DNA of 64,000 nt, taken from assembly GCF_006345805.1 (NCBI RefSeq), contig NC_043010.1, forward strand, positions 40,672,001 through 40,736,000. Direction: 5' to 3'. Shown here in pieces: positions 29,051 to 41,869 of this stretch. The translations under genes were made by a program, and so were the position numbers. Source of the stretch: Octopus sinensis (lineage: Eukaryota). Numbering within the stretch: position 1 is the stretch's first letter; each line of letters starts with the position of its first letter. Below the pieces are notes generated by a model that did no database searches, had not been told where the DNA came from, and was given only the letters and a program-made list of their open reading frames with translations.

Positions 29051-29517
29051 CAGAGTCACCCAATTTAGGTGCATCCTATATTACAAGTGAATATCGCCAT
29101 AATTCCAAGTCATGTGTGCAAGTCTCCAGTTGTATTGTGTCATGATTATCTTTTATTAAAGACGAAGATTTCGTGATTCTTGCTATGATTATAACATATC
29201 GTTTTCATGTGACTTTTAAAACCCAGATTTCCCAAGGTGCTGCTCGTGTATATCATTTGGTCTTTACATATTTCATAATGCTTATTTGTAAAGAAACTCT
29301 ATATGTGACTGTGATATAACTACCAACGAATCTATCTCTAAATACATGTGTTACGTGTGTGTATGTGTGAGCGTTATATACAATGAGAGAGAAATACACT
29401 TATGTATATGTAAATGTATATGCATATATATACATAAATACCTATAATGTATACGTATGCGAAGGCATGCGTACATACCGATATGCATACTTATATAGAT
29501 ATATATGTGTGTGTATG

Positions 29518-29580
<63 letters not shown>

Positions 29581-30019
29581 ACGGACATACATACATAAAT
29601 ACAAACATACATGCATGTTTTTACGTGTGTGACAGCAAGTATATTTCCAAAGGTGGTGTGTCTACAAACGTGATATATATATGTATTACTTTCCACGTTT
29701 TTACATTAGATTTTATTATTCCAGTCTCTGAATATATTTACCGTTTGTCTAAAATTACGTTTACAGCATACTCAGAACATAGATGCACATATTCAACTCA
29801 TCCTGGACGTCTGTACGACAACGTTAGTTGCTGATCCTTTCGATTCCAGCACGATATTCTACACAAGTTTACTTCGGATCCCTTCTGCTTCTGTATATAT
29901 GTTTAAATGTTGAGTAGAGCAACGGCACAGTTTAGGTTATCTGTTGTCATCCGTAGATGGGTCGAAACATATGTTGTACCTCATAAAGGTCTGATATGAA
30001 ATCCATATCCTACTATCAA

Positions 30020-30057
<38 letters not shown>

Positions 30058-30250
30058 TAAATTAGAGACAAAACCACTATAAGCAAATCATACAATGAAA
30101 AACTTAAGCCAATACATAAGATTATTTAATTTATATTATTTAAATATATAACAAAATTATTAAAAAAATATAATTAATATATCACTACGATCGTTTCATG
30201 GCTGTTAATTTCTTTAAATTTTCAAGTTACTGTAAGTTTGGATTTATTCC

Positions 30251-30297
<47 letters not shown>

Positions 30298-30327
30298 AAT
30301 ATATATATATATATATATATATCCCTA

Positions 30328-30383
<56 letters not shown>

Positions 30384-30690
30384 CACACTCAAATTCAAGC
30401 ATACATACATACATACAAGCAAGCACACATACCTTAACGTACACGCCAGAAGACAGACACATGCGCATATACATACATGTATATACACACACACACACAT
30501 ATATATACATATATATATACATATATATACATATATATATATATACATAAATATATATATACATATATATATAACATACATATATTACATACATATATAT
30601 ATACATACATGTAGACAACATATATATATATACATACGTATATATACATACGTATATATATATATATATATATACATAAATATATATACA

Positions 30691-30728
<38 letters not shown>

Positions 30729-30779
30729 CATACATGTATACATACATATATATACATACGTATATATACATACGTATAT

Positions 30780-30822
<43 letters not shown>

Positions 30823-30840
30823 ATATATATATATATATAT

Positions 30841-31784
30841 TATATAAAAGGGCTTAGTAAAATAAATTACTTTGCCGCATACTGAACTCATTAGAAATAG
30901 CAGCTAAAAAACTTTTTTAAAGCTATTTCTAATACTTAAAGAAAATCTCTCTCATATATAGTGTTTGCTTAATTCAACTCACAAAAGTTTGGGGGTAAGG
31001 ACATCGAAAATTCAAATGCTAAGGTTATTCGAGAACGTACGTTTCAAGATTAGTCAAAACAACATTTCTATCATCGGCTCAGAAATTCCTTGGTTTGGAT
31101 TGGAAACACTGAAAATAAGAACATACCCTTTCGAAGATCTGCTCCCAACTAACAGTGCAACAAATTCAAATAAGCAAGCGAAGAATCTCTGTTCTCCCCT
31201 TTCCACCAGCGTGGATTAAAATCATCAAACACTATGCTTATTCGGTAAAATCCGAAGCATTAATCAGAGGGAGATTAATTTAATTTCAACAATTGAGGGC
31301 AAAATTAATTAATTATTAATCAATTTCACCAAGTGTTCAGTATGCAAAGGGACCATTCAAGGCGAATTCAAATTATTACATTATATAAAAGGGCTTAGTA
31401 AAATAAATTACTTTGCCGCATACTGAACTCATTAGAAATAGCAGCTAAAAAACTTTTTTAAAGCTATTTCTAATACTTAAAGAAAATCTCTCTCATATAT
31501 AGTGTTTGCTTAATTCAACTCACAAAAGTTTGGGGGTAAGGACATCGAAAAATCAAATGCTAAGGTTATTCGAGAACGTACGTTTCAAGATTAGTCAAAA
31601 AACAACATTTCTATCATCGGCTCAGAAATTCCTTGGTTGGATTTGGAAAAACTGAAATAAGAACATACCCTTTCGAAGATCTGCTCCCAACTAACAGTGC
31701 CAACAAATTCAAATAAGCAAGCGAAGAATCTCTGTTCTCCCCTTTCCACCAGCGTGGATTAAAATCATCAAACACTATGCTTAT
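30841..31784 (-). mobile_element. Partial tandem (1.75x) of a 541-bp hammerhead-containing unit (retrozyme / Penelope pseudo-LTR-like)
   Basis: tatataaaagggcttagtaaaat... starts at 30841 and again at 31382. Each copy carries a minus-strand hammerhead motif. Confidence 0.75.
31029..31082 (-). ncRNA. Type I hammerhead ribozyme motif (U4C variant)
   Basis: Minus strand reads ctgag CCGATGA ...GAAAC gtac GTT ctcga: stem I gag/ctc, palindromic acgtacgt stem/loop III. Second copy at 31570-31625. Confidence 0.6.
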
Positions 31785-32703
31785 ACACGTATGTATGTAC
31801 ACGTTCGTGTGAGTGTATGTACGATTTGCTAGTCATCTGCTATTATCTTCTCTGGAAGCTAATCCATTGAATACGTTTTAACAGTTCTTATATATCACAC
31901 TACAGGGAAGTAGGGTTAATTGAAATCATGTTATAATCACAACTGAAAAAGTAATATTACAATAATTTTAAGTTCCATCTTTAAAATTATGAATTTTTAT
32001 TAATTTCAATACAAATTAATATATTATTGTGCTACTAATTTCAGTTTTTATTGAATTAGCTCTATGGAGAAAAGGTTAATTCGCATGTCAATTTTTTGCT
32101 TTTTATTGAGTTTTTTCAGTTTTGATTTGTCACATCTTAGGATTGTGCGTTTTTCAGTGGAGTGTTAGAAAGGAGGATGGGGAATACATACAGAGAGGGA
32201 GAGAGAATCAAATAGGAATAAACGAATTAATTAATTTATCAAGGAGCCATGAAGATCGCGAAGGAAGTGTTTTAGGTACGATGGACGTGTGAAGAGACGT
32301 GGAGGGAAACTGATCAGAATTAGCGTTCAAATCAAGAATGGAGATGGTGCAACAGGACGTTGAAACTGTCACGGATAAAAAAAAAAACTAGATAAATTTA
32401 GGGAGGAAATTTAGTGATGGGCAAAAGGAAGATGAAGGGGAAGAGCTTATTAGAATACAAAGAGTGTTTAAGACTTGATCGATGAAGTGAGAGCAAGAGC
32501 AGAGGAAATATATATCTTGACAGATAAAAAATGTAGAGATCAAATGAAAAAATAGAGAGGGATAGAAAGAGTGAGAACAAAGAAGAATAAAGAGAAAACG
32601 ACTAAATAGAGAGAAATCCGTATCAAGAAGAGAAAGAGGGACAAAAATAAAGAATGACGGATTCAAAGAAAGAAAATGTGAGTTTATAGATTAATGATCG
32701 ATA

Positions 32704-33105
32704 TAGGCGCAGGAGTGGCTGTGTGGTAAGTAGCTTGCTTACCAACCACATGGTTCCGGGTTCAGTCCCACTGCGTGGCACCTTGGGCAAGTGTCTTCTA
32801 CTATAGCTTCGGGCCGACCAAAGCCTTGTGAGTGGATTTGGTAGACGGAAACTGAAAGAAAGCCGTCGTATATATGTATATATGTATATGTATGTATGTG
32901 TATTCGTCTGTGTTTGTCCCCCAACATCGCTTGACAACCGATACTGGTGTGTTTGCGTCCCCGTAACTTAGCGGTTCGGCAAAAGAGACCGATGGAATAA
33001 GTACTAGGCTTACAAAGTATAAGTCCTGGGGTCAATTTGCTCAACTAAAGGTGGTTCTCCAGCATGGCCACACTCAAATGACTGAAACAAGTAAAAGAGT
33101 AAAAG
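32704..33105 (+). mobile_element. Full-length tRNA-derived SINE family C
   Basis: A/B-box-like head, ccttgggcaagtgtc core-like motif, internal (TA)/(TG) tract and 3' body ending actgaaacaagtaaaagag. Confidence 0.9.
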
Positions 33106-33929
33106 GTGAAAAAAGAATATAAATAGCAAAGCAAAGACACAGGGACATAGATACGAGTAAAATTAAAGGGAGTGAGAAGCTATGCCGCTCAAAGTATTTC
33201 GGTGGCCAAATTAGAGTAAAAGAAGATACAAACTGAAAATTGTTAGTAGACAGAGAGTAAGAGAGACGGAGAGTTAGAGAAATAAAGGGATAGAGAGAGA
33301 GACAGAAAGAGACAGAGAGAGACAGAGACAGAGAGAGACAGAGACAGACAAAGAGAGACAGACTGTCAGACAGACATACAGATAGGCAGACAGACAGAGT
33401 ATGGTACAGATGTAGAAAAATAGAAAAACGCTGAGGAGATGATAGCCAATGAACTATAAATAATTAAGCAGAGTTTTACCAGAATATTTAAGAAAGGAAA
33501 GTATACAAAAGTACCCCAAAGTGCAGCTGAGGAAGATGATGCATATATGTATGCCTCTGTGTGTGTTTGTGTGTGTCTGTTGGGGTTCGAGCAAAATTTG
33601 ACAGTTTTTGTTTACTTTTTTCAGGAAGCGTTTGATATATAGGTGAACAGTCAACGGCGTTGGAGAGCAATTACGGCTAAAGTTGTATTTGCTGATATGG
33701 AGAACTAGAGACCATCTGAATGTTCCAATCGATTTACTTGTATCATGATAATCTGAGCTGGGTATCAAAATCTTGTTATTATGAATTGCTGCTCAGTGCG
33801 CTATGAACACAGGTATAGACTGTAAAATATGACATGGACAGCTGCAACGGAGACTACGAAGCCCTGGCCAGCAAGATATGACACAGCAGACGTTACGACA
33901 GCAGGAGCTCATAACCACTTCTTTGATCA

Positions 33930-34300
33930 CGGCCTTAGACACAGTGAAGCTACTGGAGACTGTGCTCAAATTCTGGCTGGGGAGAGTTGCTACTGGAAGG
34001 CCATATTGGTTGTCGCAAGATTTGGTTTCTACCTATACCTTCGGAAGGATTCAGATGTGGTTGTCAGAGAATTTTTACGACTTTACCAGCCCCAATTTCT
34101 GACCTGTTAATTATCTCGATTGTAATCCCATGGATTAACATGAGTGGGGTCCACTTAAGAAACACACCAACCGCTCAACCTGCACTATCAAGGCCAAGGT
34201 GGAAGTTTCCAATATCGCTCTGGAGACACATTGAGTAACGCATGCCCTAAATTCTGGAGCCGTCCTGGGGTCGTGGTACAAGCTGTTGACACCTACTTTA
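33930..34300 (+). pseudogene. Tc1/mariner-superfamily (maT/rosa-like) transposase C-terminal relic
   Basis: LETVLKFWLGRVATGRPY...WLSENFYDFTSPNF*PVNYLDCNPMD resembles WPPNSPDxNPxD. Confidence 0.7.
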
Positions 34301-34560
34301 AGTAAAATGTTATTTATCCAAACATAACCTAGAGTAAAATTTGATTTTTGCTTTTTAAAATACTTTCATTTTTGAATGGAGTTCAGAACATTTCGCCCGT
34401 CCTTACGTCCTGAGTTCAAATTCCAGCGAGGTCGATTTTTGCCTTCTATTCTTTCGGGGACGATGAAATAAGTACCAGTCATGTACTGGGTCGACGTTTA
34501 CGCGTCTACATCTATGAACTTGAATATGTGTTGTGTATATGTGTGTATGTGTGCGTGTGT

Positions 34561-34900
34561 GTGAAGGCGTATGTGTCAAGTGTTAGAGCGTCAAGCTTAC
34601 GATCATGAAGTTGCGAGTTCGAATCCCGGACCGGTCTGCGAGTTGTGTTCTTGAGCAAGACACTTCACTTCATGTTGCTCCAGTTCACTCATATGTAGAA
34701 ATGAGTTGCGATGTCACAGGTGGCAAGCTGTATCGTCGGCCTTTACCTTTTCCTTGGATAACACTGGTGGCATGGAAAGGGGAGGCCGGTACACATGGGC
34801 GACTGCTGTTCTTCCATAAACAACTTTGCTCCAAATTGTGCCTGGGAGGGTAACTTTCTAGGTGCAATCTCTGGGTCAGTCATGACTGAAGGGTGTCTAA

Positions 34901-34961
<61 letters not shown>

Positions 34962-35605
34962 TATATATATATAAAGGGGGTAAAGACCCCCTTCGGTCAT
35001 GAATGACCATGGGATTGCACCTAGAAAGTTACCCTCCTAGACACAAGTCCGGGCAAGGTTGTTTATGGAAGGCTAGCAGTCGCCCATGCATACCAGCCTC
35101 CCCTCTCCATGCCACCAGTGTTATCCAAGGGAAAGACAAAGGTCGATACAGCTTGGCACCTGTGACGTCGCAACTCATTTCTACAGCTGAGTGAACTGGA
35201 GCAACGTGAAATAAAGTGCCTTGCTCGAGAACACAACACGCAGCCCGGTTCCGGGATTCGAGCTCACAACCTCACGATCGTAAGCTCGACGCTCTAACCA
35301 CTGAGCCATGCGCCTTCACTCGAATCCCGGACCGGGCTGCGTGTTGTGTTCTCGAGCAAGGCACTTTATTTCACGTTGCTCCAGTTCACTCAGCTGTAGA
35401 AATGAGTTGCGACGTCACTGGTGCCAAGCTGTATCGACCTTTGTCTTTCCCTTGGATAACACTGGTGGCGTGGAGAGGGAGGGCTTGGTATGCATGGGCG
35501 ACTGCTGGCCTTCCATAAAAACAACCTTGCCCAGACTTGTGCCTGGGAGGGTAACTTTCTAGGTGCAATCTCAGGGTCAGTCATGACTGAAGGGTGTCTA
35601 AGCAC

Positions 35606-35651
<46 letters not shown>

Positions 35652-36277
35652 AAGGGGGTAAAGACCCCCTTCGGTCATGAATGACCATGGGATTGCACCT
35701 AGAAAGTTACCCTCCTAGACACAAGTCGGGCAAGTTTGTTTTGGAAGGCTAGCAGTCGCCCATGCATACCAGCCTCCCCTCTCCATGCCACCAGTGTTAT
35801 CCAAGGGAAAGACAAAGGTCGATACAGCTTGGCACCTGTGACGTCGCAACTCATTTCTACAGCTGAGTGAACTGGAGCAACGTGAAATAAAGTGCCTTGC
35901 TCGAGAACACAACACGCAGCCCGGTCCGGGATTCGAGCTCATAACCTCACGATCGTAAGCTCGACGCTCTAACCACTGAGCCATGCGCCTTCACTCGAAT
36001 CCCGGACCGGGCTGCGTGTTGTGTTCTCGAGCAAGGCACTTTATTTCACGTTGCTCCAGTTCACTCAGCTGTAGAAATGAGTTGCGACGTCACTGGTGCC
36101 AAGCTGTATCGACCTTTGTCTTTCCCTTGGATAACACTGGTGGCGTGGAGAGGGGAGGCTGGTATGCATGGGCGACTGCTGGCCTTCCATAAAAACAACC
36201 TTGCCCAGACTTGTGTCTAGGAGGGTAACTTTCTAGGTGCAATCCCATGGTCATTCATGACCGAAGGGGGTCTTTAC
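34561..36277. repeat. Array of five alternating-orientation SINE copies with a 675-bp tandem duplication
   Basis: (+)34561-34900, (-)34981-35319, (+)35320-35600, (-)35659-35994, (+)35995-36277. Confidence 0.9.
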
Positions 36278-36293
36278 ACACATATATATATAT

Positions 36294-36337
<44 letters not shown>

Positions 36338-36339
36338 AG

Positions 36340-36720
36340 CTAGCCTGCCAGCCTAATGGTTCCTGGTTCAGTCTGTTTTGCTGCTTGGTGCTTCGGGTAA
36401 GTGGCTTGTACTATAACTTCGGGACAACTGAAGCCTTGACGGAAACTGGAAGAAACTCGTCGTATGTTTGGGCGTGTGTGTGTGTTTGTGTGTGCCTTTC
36501 TGTGTGCCTGTGTCTGTGTCTGTGTCTTTGAGCGTGTATCTGTGCACCACCACCGCACGTCAAGCTGTGTTTGTGCTTGCGTCCCCATCACTAAGCCTTT
36601 CAACAAAAGGAACCGATAGTATAAGTACTAGAAATTAGATTTAAAAAAAGCCCTGTGGTCGATTTCTTCAACTAAGACCCTTCCAGGCGGTGCTACAGCA
36701 TGGCTGCTGTCAAATAACAG
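36340..36720 (+). mobile_element. Diverged SINE family C copy
   Basis: gacggaaactggaagaaactcgtcgtat...gcatggctgctgtcaaat parallels 32704-33105. Confidence 0.75.
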
Positions 36721-37169
36721 TAACGAAAAGACATATATACTCGAGGTGCATTTTGGTGGTTTTGATATATTTTCCGAATTGATTACATCGACCCCAGTGC
36801 TCAACTAGTACTTGTTTTATCGACGCCGAAAGAAGGGAAGACAAAGAACGTAAAGACGGACGAAATGCAGCTAAGCATTTTGCCGGGCCTGTTAAGGAAT
36901 CTACCAGCTCGCCACCTTAGTTAATTACTCCATATTTTCATTTATTTTATAATATCGGTTTTATATGTATGCACAAGGCCAGTACTTTCAAGTTATTTTC
37001 TCGACCCCTAAAGGATCAAAGGTACAGTCGAAATCAGCAGGATTTGAACACAGAGCATATACACGGACGAAATACCTCTCAGCATTTTGCCCGCCGTGCT
37101 AACAATTCTGCCAGCTTGCCGCCTTCATTTATTTTACAATCTTTTCTACTCTGGGCACTAGGACCGAAA

Positions 37170-37830
37170 TTTGGTGGGAGGGGGCCAGTAGATTAGATCG
37201 ACCCCAGTACGCAACTAGTACTTAATTTATCGACCCCTAACGGATGAAAGGCAAAGTCGACCTCGGCGGAATTTGAACTCAGAACGTAAAGACACACGAA
37301 ATACCTATTTCTTTACTACCCACAAGGGGCTAAACACAGAGGAGACAAACAAGGACAGACAAGGAGATTAAGTCGATTACATCGAGACCAGTGCGTAACT
37401 AGTACTTAATTTATCGACCCCGAAGGAATGAAAGGCAAAGTCGGCCTCGGTGGAATTTGAACTCAGAACGCAACGGCAGACGAAATACCTATTTCTTTAC
37501 TACCCACAAGGGGCTAAACATAGAGGGGACAAACAAGTACAGACAAACGGATTAAGTCGATTACATCGACCCCAGTGCGTAACTGGTACCTAATTTATCG
37601 ACCCCGAAAGAATGAAAGGCAAAGTCGACCTCGGTGGAATTTGAACTCAGAACATAACGGCAGACGAAATACCGCTAAGCAATTCGCCTGGCGTGCTAAC
37701 GATTCTGCCAGCTCACCGCCTTAAAAGGCAAAGTCGACCTCGGCGGAATTTGAACTCAGAACATAAAGACAGACGAAATACCGCTAAGCATGTCGCCCGA
37801 AGCGCTAACGTTTCTGCCAGCTCGCCGCCT
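37170..37830 (-). repeat. Head-to-tail multimer of SINE family B (~185-bp units)
   Basis: The block tttctttactacccacaaggggctaaac...gaactcagaac...gacgaaatacc repeats at ~37310 and ~37495, with further truncated bodies on either side. Confidence 0.85.
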
Positions 37831-38463
37831 TCATTTGTTTTATAATATGAGAATCGATAGACCACTAAAGAAAAAAAAATATTGCGTTGAATTAGTTATA
37901 AAATGGTTCTTCGTGTTTTCATTTCAAATCCAGCCGAATTAAGAATCACCTTGTATTCTTCTGGGGCTATAATAGAATGTTAGTAAGTTATTAAATCAAA
38001 ATACCATCCTTTCAATATATTTAGCTCATAGAATATGCTATTTTTTTTCTTTTGCTTTTTTGTAATCACATTAATTAATGAAACTTAATGGATAAAAAAT
38101 AACTCAGAATTCTCTTTAATTAAGAAGAAAAAAAATGTTTCCGATAAGGACAGAGGGGATTGTCAACAAAAACTAAGATATCAAATAGCAACATATGCGT
38201 CAGTTTGCTTTCTAATTCAGAACTGTAAAAGAAATATTTCAAATCGAAAAGAAACGAGGTAGAGTAAATGTGTGGATGCGCGTGCGTATGTGACGTCATG
38301 AGTATGTGTATGTGTGTGTATGCGTGCGCCTGCATGTGTGTATGTGAGTCACTGCGCTTTATATCATTCAAGATCTTAATTATATTTACCTGACAAAAGC
38401 CGATAAACACCTTCTGTTTATTAAGTTTCCTTTTTCTTCGCAAGAAAAGGGATGATGATGATA

Positions 38464-38534
<71 letters not shown>

Positions 38535-38573
38535 AATAATAATAATATAATAATAATAATAATAATAATAATG

Positions 38574-38634
<61 letters not shown>

Positions 38635-39561
38635 AAGAGTGAATGAGTGTTGTGTTGCTTAAAGGAAAACTGAAAAGAAAAGGAAAATAGCATCAGTGGG
38701 AGTGAAAATTGAAGACGAAACAATAAGTAAATAAAAAGGCGGTGGAGAGACTGGCCTAAAAGAATTTTGTGCTGTGGGTGCATCATTTTCTGATAACGAC
38801 ACAAATGAAAAAAAACCCAGAAAATACAAGAAAGATCAAAAAGAAAAATTGACACCAAATTAAGAAATTGATTTTATCTGTTCTTAAATGGATTTTGTTA
38901 ATCTGTGTAATTGATGAATAATATACAAAATAATAATAATAATAATAATAATAACAACAACAACAACAACAACAACAACAAAATAACGATAATAATAACC
39001 CTTTCTATTACAGGCACGCGGCGTGAGATTTCAGGGAGTGATTCTAATTTTATCAACCCCGAGAAAATGAAAGGTATATGTTTATGTATATTTGTATGTA
39101 TATATATATTATGCATTTATGTATGTATGTCTGTATCTATGCATGGAGCAAATGTCAGTTGGGTATGAAGTTGGGGGTATTTCCAGAGGAGTACTCAACC
39201 CAAATTGTGGGCCTTCAACACTGTCGGAATCCAAGCCAAAGCCAGGGTATTTCTGGTGTAGAAAATCAATGTTTCACAGCGATTATACCGTCATACGGGT
39301 TTAGCGAAGAGTAAATATTCCAATGAAAAGAAGGAGGCACAGTAAATTCTATAGCATATCTTTAATTGTAAGTGACACAAGTTTCTGAATCATCTCCATT
39401 TGCAGCACCAGTTCACGGGAAAATTCTAAATGAATTATTACGTAATTTTTCTTTCAGAATTTTCACGTAAACTGGTGTTGCAAATGGAGAAGGGACGGAA
39501 TCATTTATCTTCTTTTCATTGTTATAAATATTATATATATATATATATATAATTATATATA

Positions 39562-39627
<66 letters not shown>

Positions 39628-39814
39628 ATACATATATACGTATGTACCTACCTATCTATCTATCTATCTATATTTATATATATATACATATGTGTGTGTG
39701 TGTGTGTGTGAATTTACATAGATATATATGCATACATTTATATATCCTAATGTATGCTTATCTTTATGTCCGTATATGTATTTATATATATACACACATA
39801 CACACATATATATT

Positions 39815-41032
39815 ATATATTCACACGAAATGTCGCATTTTTAATTGTTATTTCAGCCATTTAAAAACTCAATTATGTATACCTTGCATTTAATCTTGAC
39901 TCTTTTTCTTTCCCAACATTATTGTTATACAAAATTCGTACCCAAAGACCTATGAAAATGATAACAACCAAAATATGTTGAGTTATTTTCTCGTATGAAT
40001 GCAAACTGGATCACTCTGCCGTAGGAGCTCAACGGAATATCAAGCGGGCCTTTGGTAATGGCTTTGCTGACATCAGAACTGTTCAGAGATGTTTCTAAAG
40101 CTGTCGTTCAAGGCATCATAACCTTGAAAATAAACCAAGGGATAGGCCAAAATCAGTTATTTGGCATGATGGATTAAATGCTTTGGTTGAACAAAATCAG
40201 AGAACAAATGTTCGAAAACTTTCATCAGAAATCCAAACATCTCGCACAACTGTTTTGAACACCTGTAAAAAATTGGAAAATCAAGTAAGCAGATAGGTTT
40301 GTTCCACGTCAACTGAATAAGATTTAAAAATACAGACGCCTGGAAGTTTTACTCATTCTTGCTTTCTCGACTGGAAAATACCATTTTTGCATCAAATTAT
40401 TACTTTTGATGAGAAATGAATACTCTTTGACAACAGCAGGAGAACATGACAGTGATTAGATGCCGGAGAGTTGCCTAAACACTACCCAAATCCACCATTG
40501 CACCCTAACAAGTTAGTGGTCACTGTATGGAGGTTTGCAGTGGAAGTTATTCATTATTAACTTTTGCAACAAGGAAGAACGGTAATAGCCACATCGTATT
40601 GTCAGGAAATTGATTGTATGGATGAGAATTTGAAAAAGAAGCAACCCGGAACAGTCAATTGAGATGGCCCAATTTTGACCTCCTCAAGCTACGGTCCAAA
40701 ATTTAAACAGCCTGAATTATGAAATTTTGCAACATAATCGATATCACCCCGATATCTATCCTACTGATCATTAGTTATTTAAGCGTTTTGAGCTTTTCAT
40801 AGGCATATAAAACATTCTTAAAAGAGAAGTAGTTGAAGCATTCGGACAGTTTATCACAGCAAAAGATGAATTTTTTTTAAGATGGAATATAGGACATACA
40901 GAATCGTTGGGTAAACATCATAAATGAACATGGATCATACGTTGATTAAATAAATCAGTTCACTAACAATTCTGAAACATTTTATTGTTACCTTTCATAT
41001 ATAATATTATTTCATGTGAAGCAACCTAATAT
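39815..41032 (+). mobile_element. Decayed near full-length mariner element
   Basis: Remnant frames include IITFDEK* (first catalytic D), EILQH..YHPDIYPTDH (YSPDLAPTD-like) and RWVNII. TIR-like end gaagcaacctaata. Confidence 0.75.
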
Positions 41033-41040
41033 ATAAGCAT

Positions 41041-41640
41041 CTGCTCGGTCGAATTAATTAATAATTAATTAATTCTACCCTTTTTTATTGACAATATAAT
41101 ACTTTCTCTCCAAGAATTTGAACTACAGTTTTTCCTCTGTAGGAATGCACTACTCTGTGACTCACGTGGGTGGACAGGGAATTTTTGGATTCGCTGGTAC
41201 TGGTGGTCTGGCATGGTTTGTCCGGTGTTACATATATCGGACGGGTATGTTTGATTCTTAGTACTTTCAAATCTATATCAGAATAAATCTCTGAGCTGAT
41301 GAAGGAAATGTTGGCGTTTAATCAACTAATCCAGAAACAGGCTTGTCCTCGGGTATCTCGTATGGATGTGATCTTTCGTTGTTTTTCCCTTATACCTATG
41401 TGAGTTATTTCTGAATATGCATTGTCTGGGAGACTTTTTCTTGCAGTAGAAGAAATAGCTAAATTTTTGGCTGCTATTTCTAAAAAGCTCGGTGTGTGGT
41501 AAAGTAAATTATTTTACTTTACCCTATTTTTATAAAATAATATTTCAAACATACCGTAAATGGTCATTTTACATACCGAACACTGCTCTGTCGAATTAAT
41601 TAATAATTAACTAATTCTACCCTTTTTTATTGACCATATA
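41041..41640 (+). mobile_element. 542-bp hammerhead-containing unit with 58-bp direct terminal repeats
   Basis: 41041-41098 is repeated at 41583-41640. Homologous to the reverse complement of the 30841 unit. Confidence 0.75.
41291..41352 (+). ncRNA. Type I hammerhead ribozyme, intact core
   Basis: Stem I ctgag/ctcgg, CTGATGA (41296-41302), stem II gga..tcc, GAAAC (41334-41338), near-palindromic acaggcttgt, GUC triplet at 41345-41347. Confidence 0.75.
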
Positions 41641-41693
41641 TACATACATACATACATAAATACAACATGCATACATACATATGTATATATATA

Positions 41694-41735
<42 letters not shown>

Positions 41736-41869
41736 TATTTCATCTAGTTTCAGCTCACGAGGTGTGGCCATGCTGGGGCACCGCCATATATATATAAATA
41801 TGTATATAATGTGTATATATATATATATTATATAGATATTATATATATATATATTCTTCTTTTCTTTTC

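Noticed and set aside
37170-37830. Repeat-spacer appearance resembling a CRISPR array
   Set aside because: The units are SINE bodies and tails with no unique spacers, in a eukaryotic context with no cas genes.
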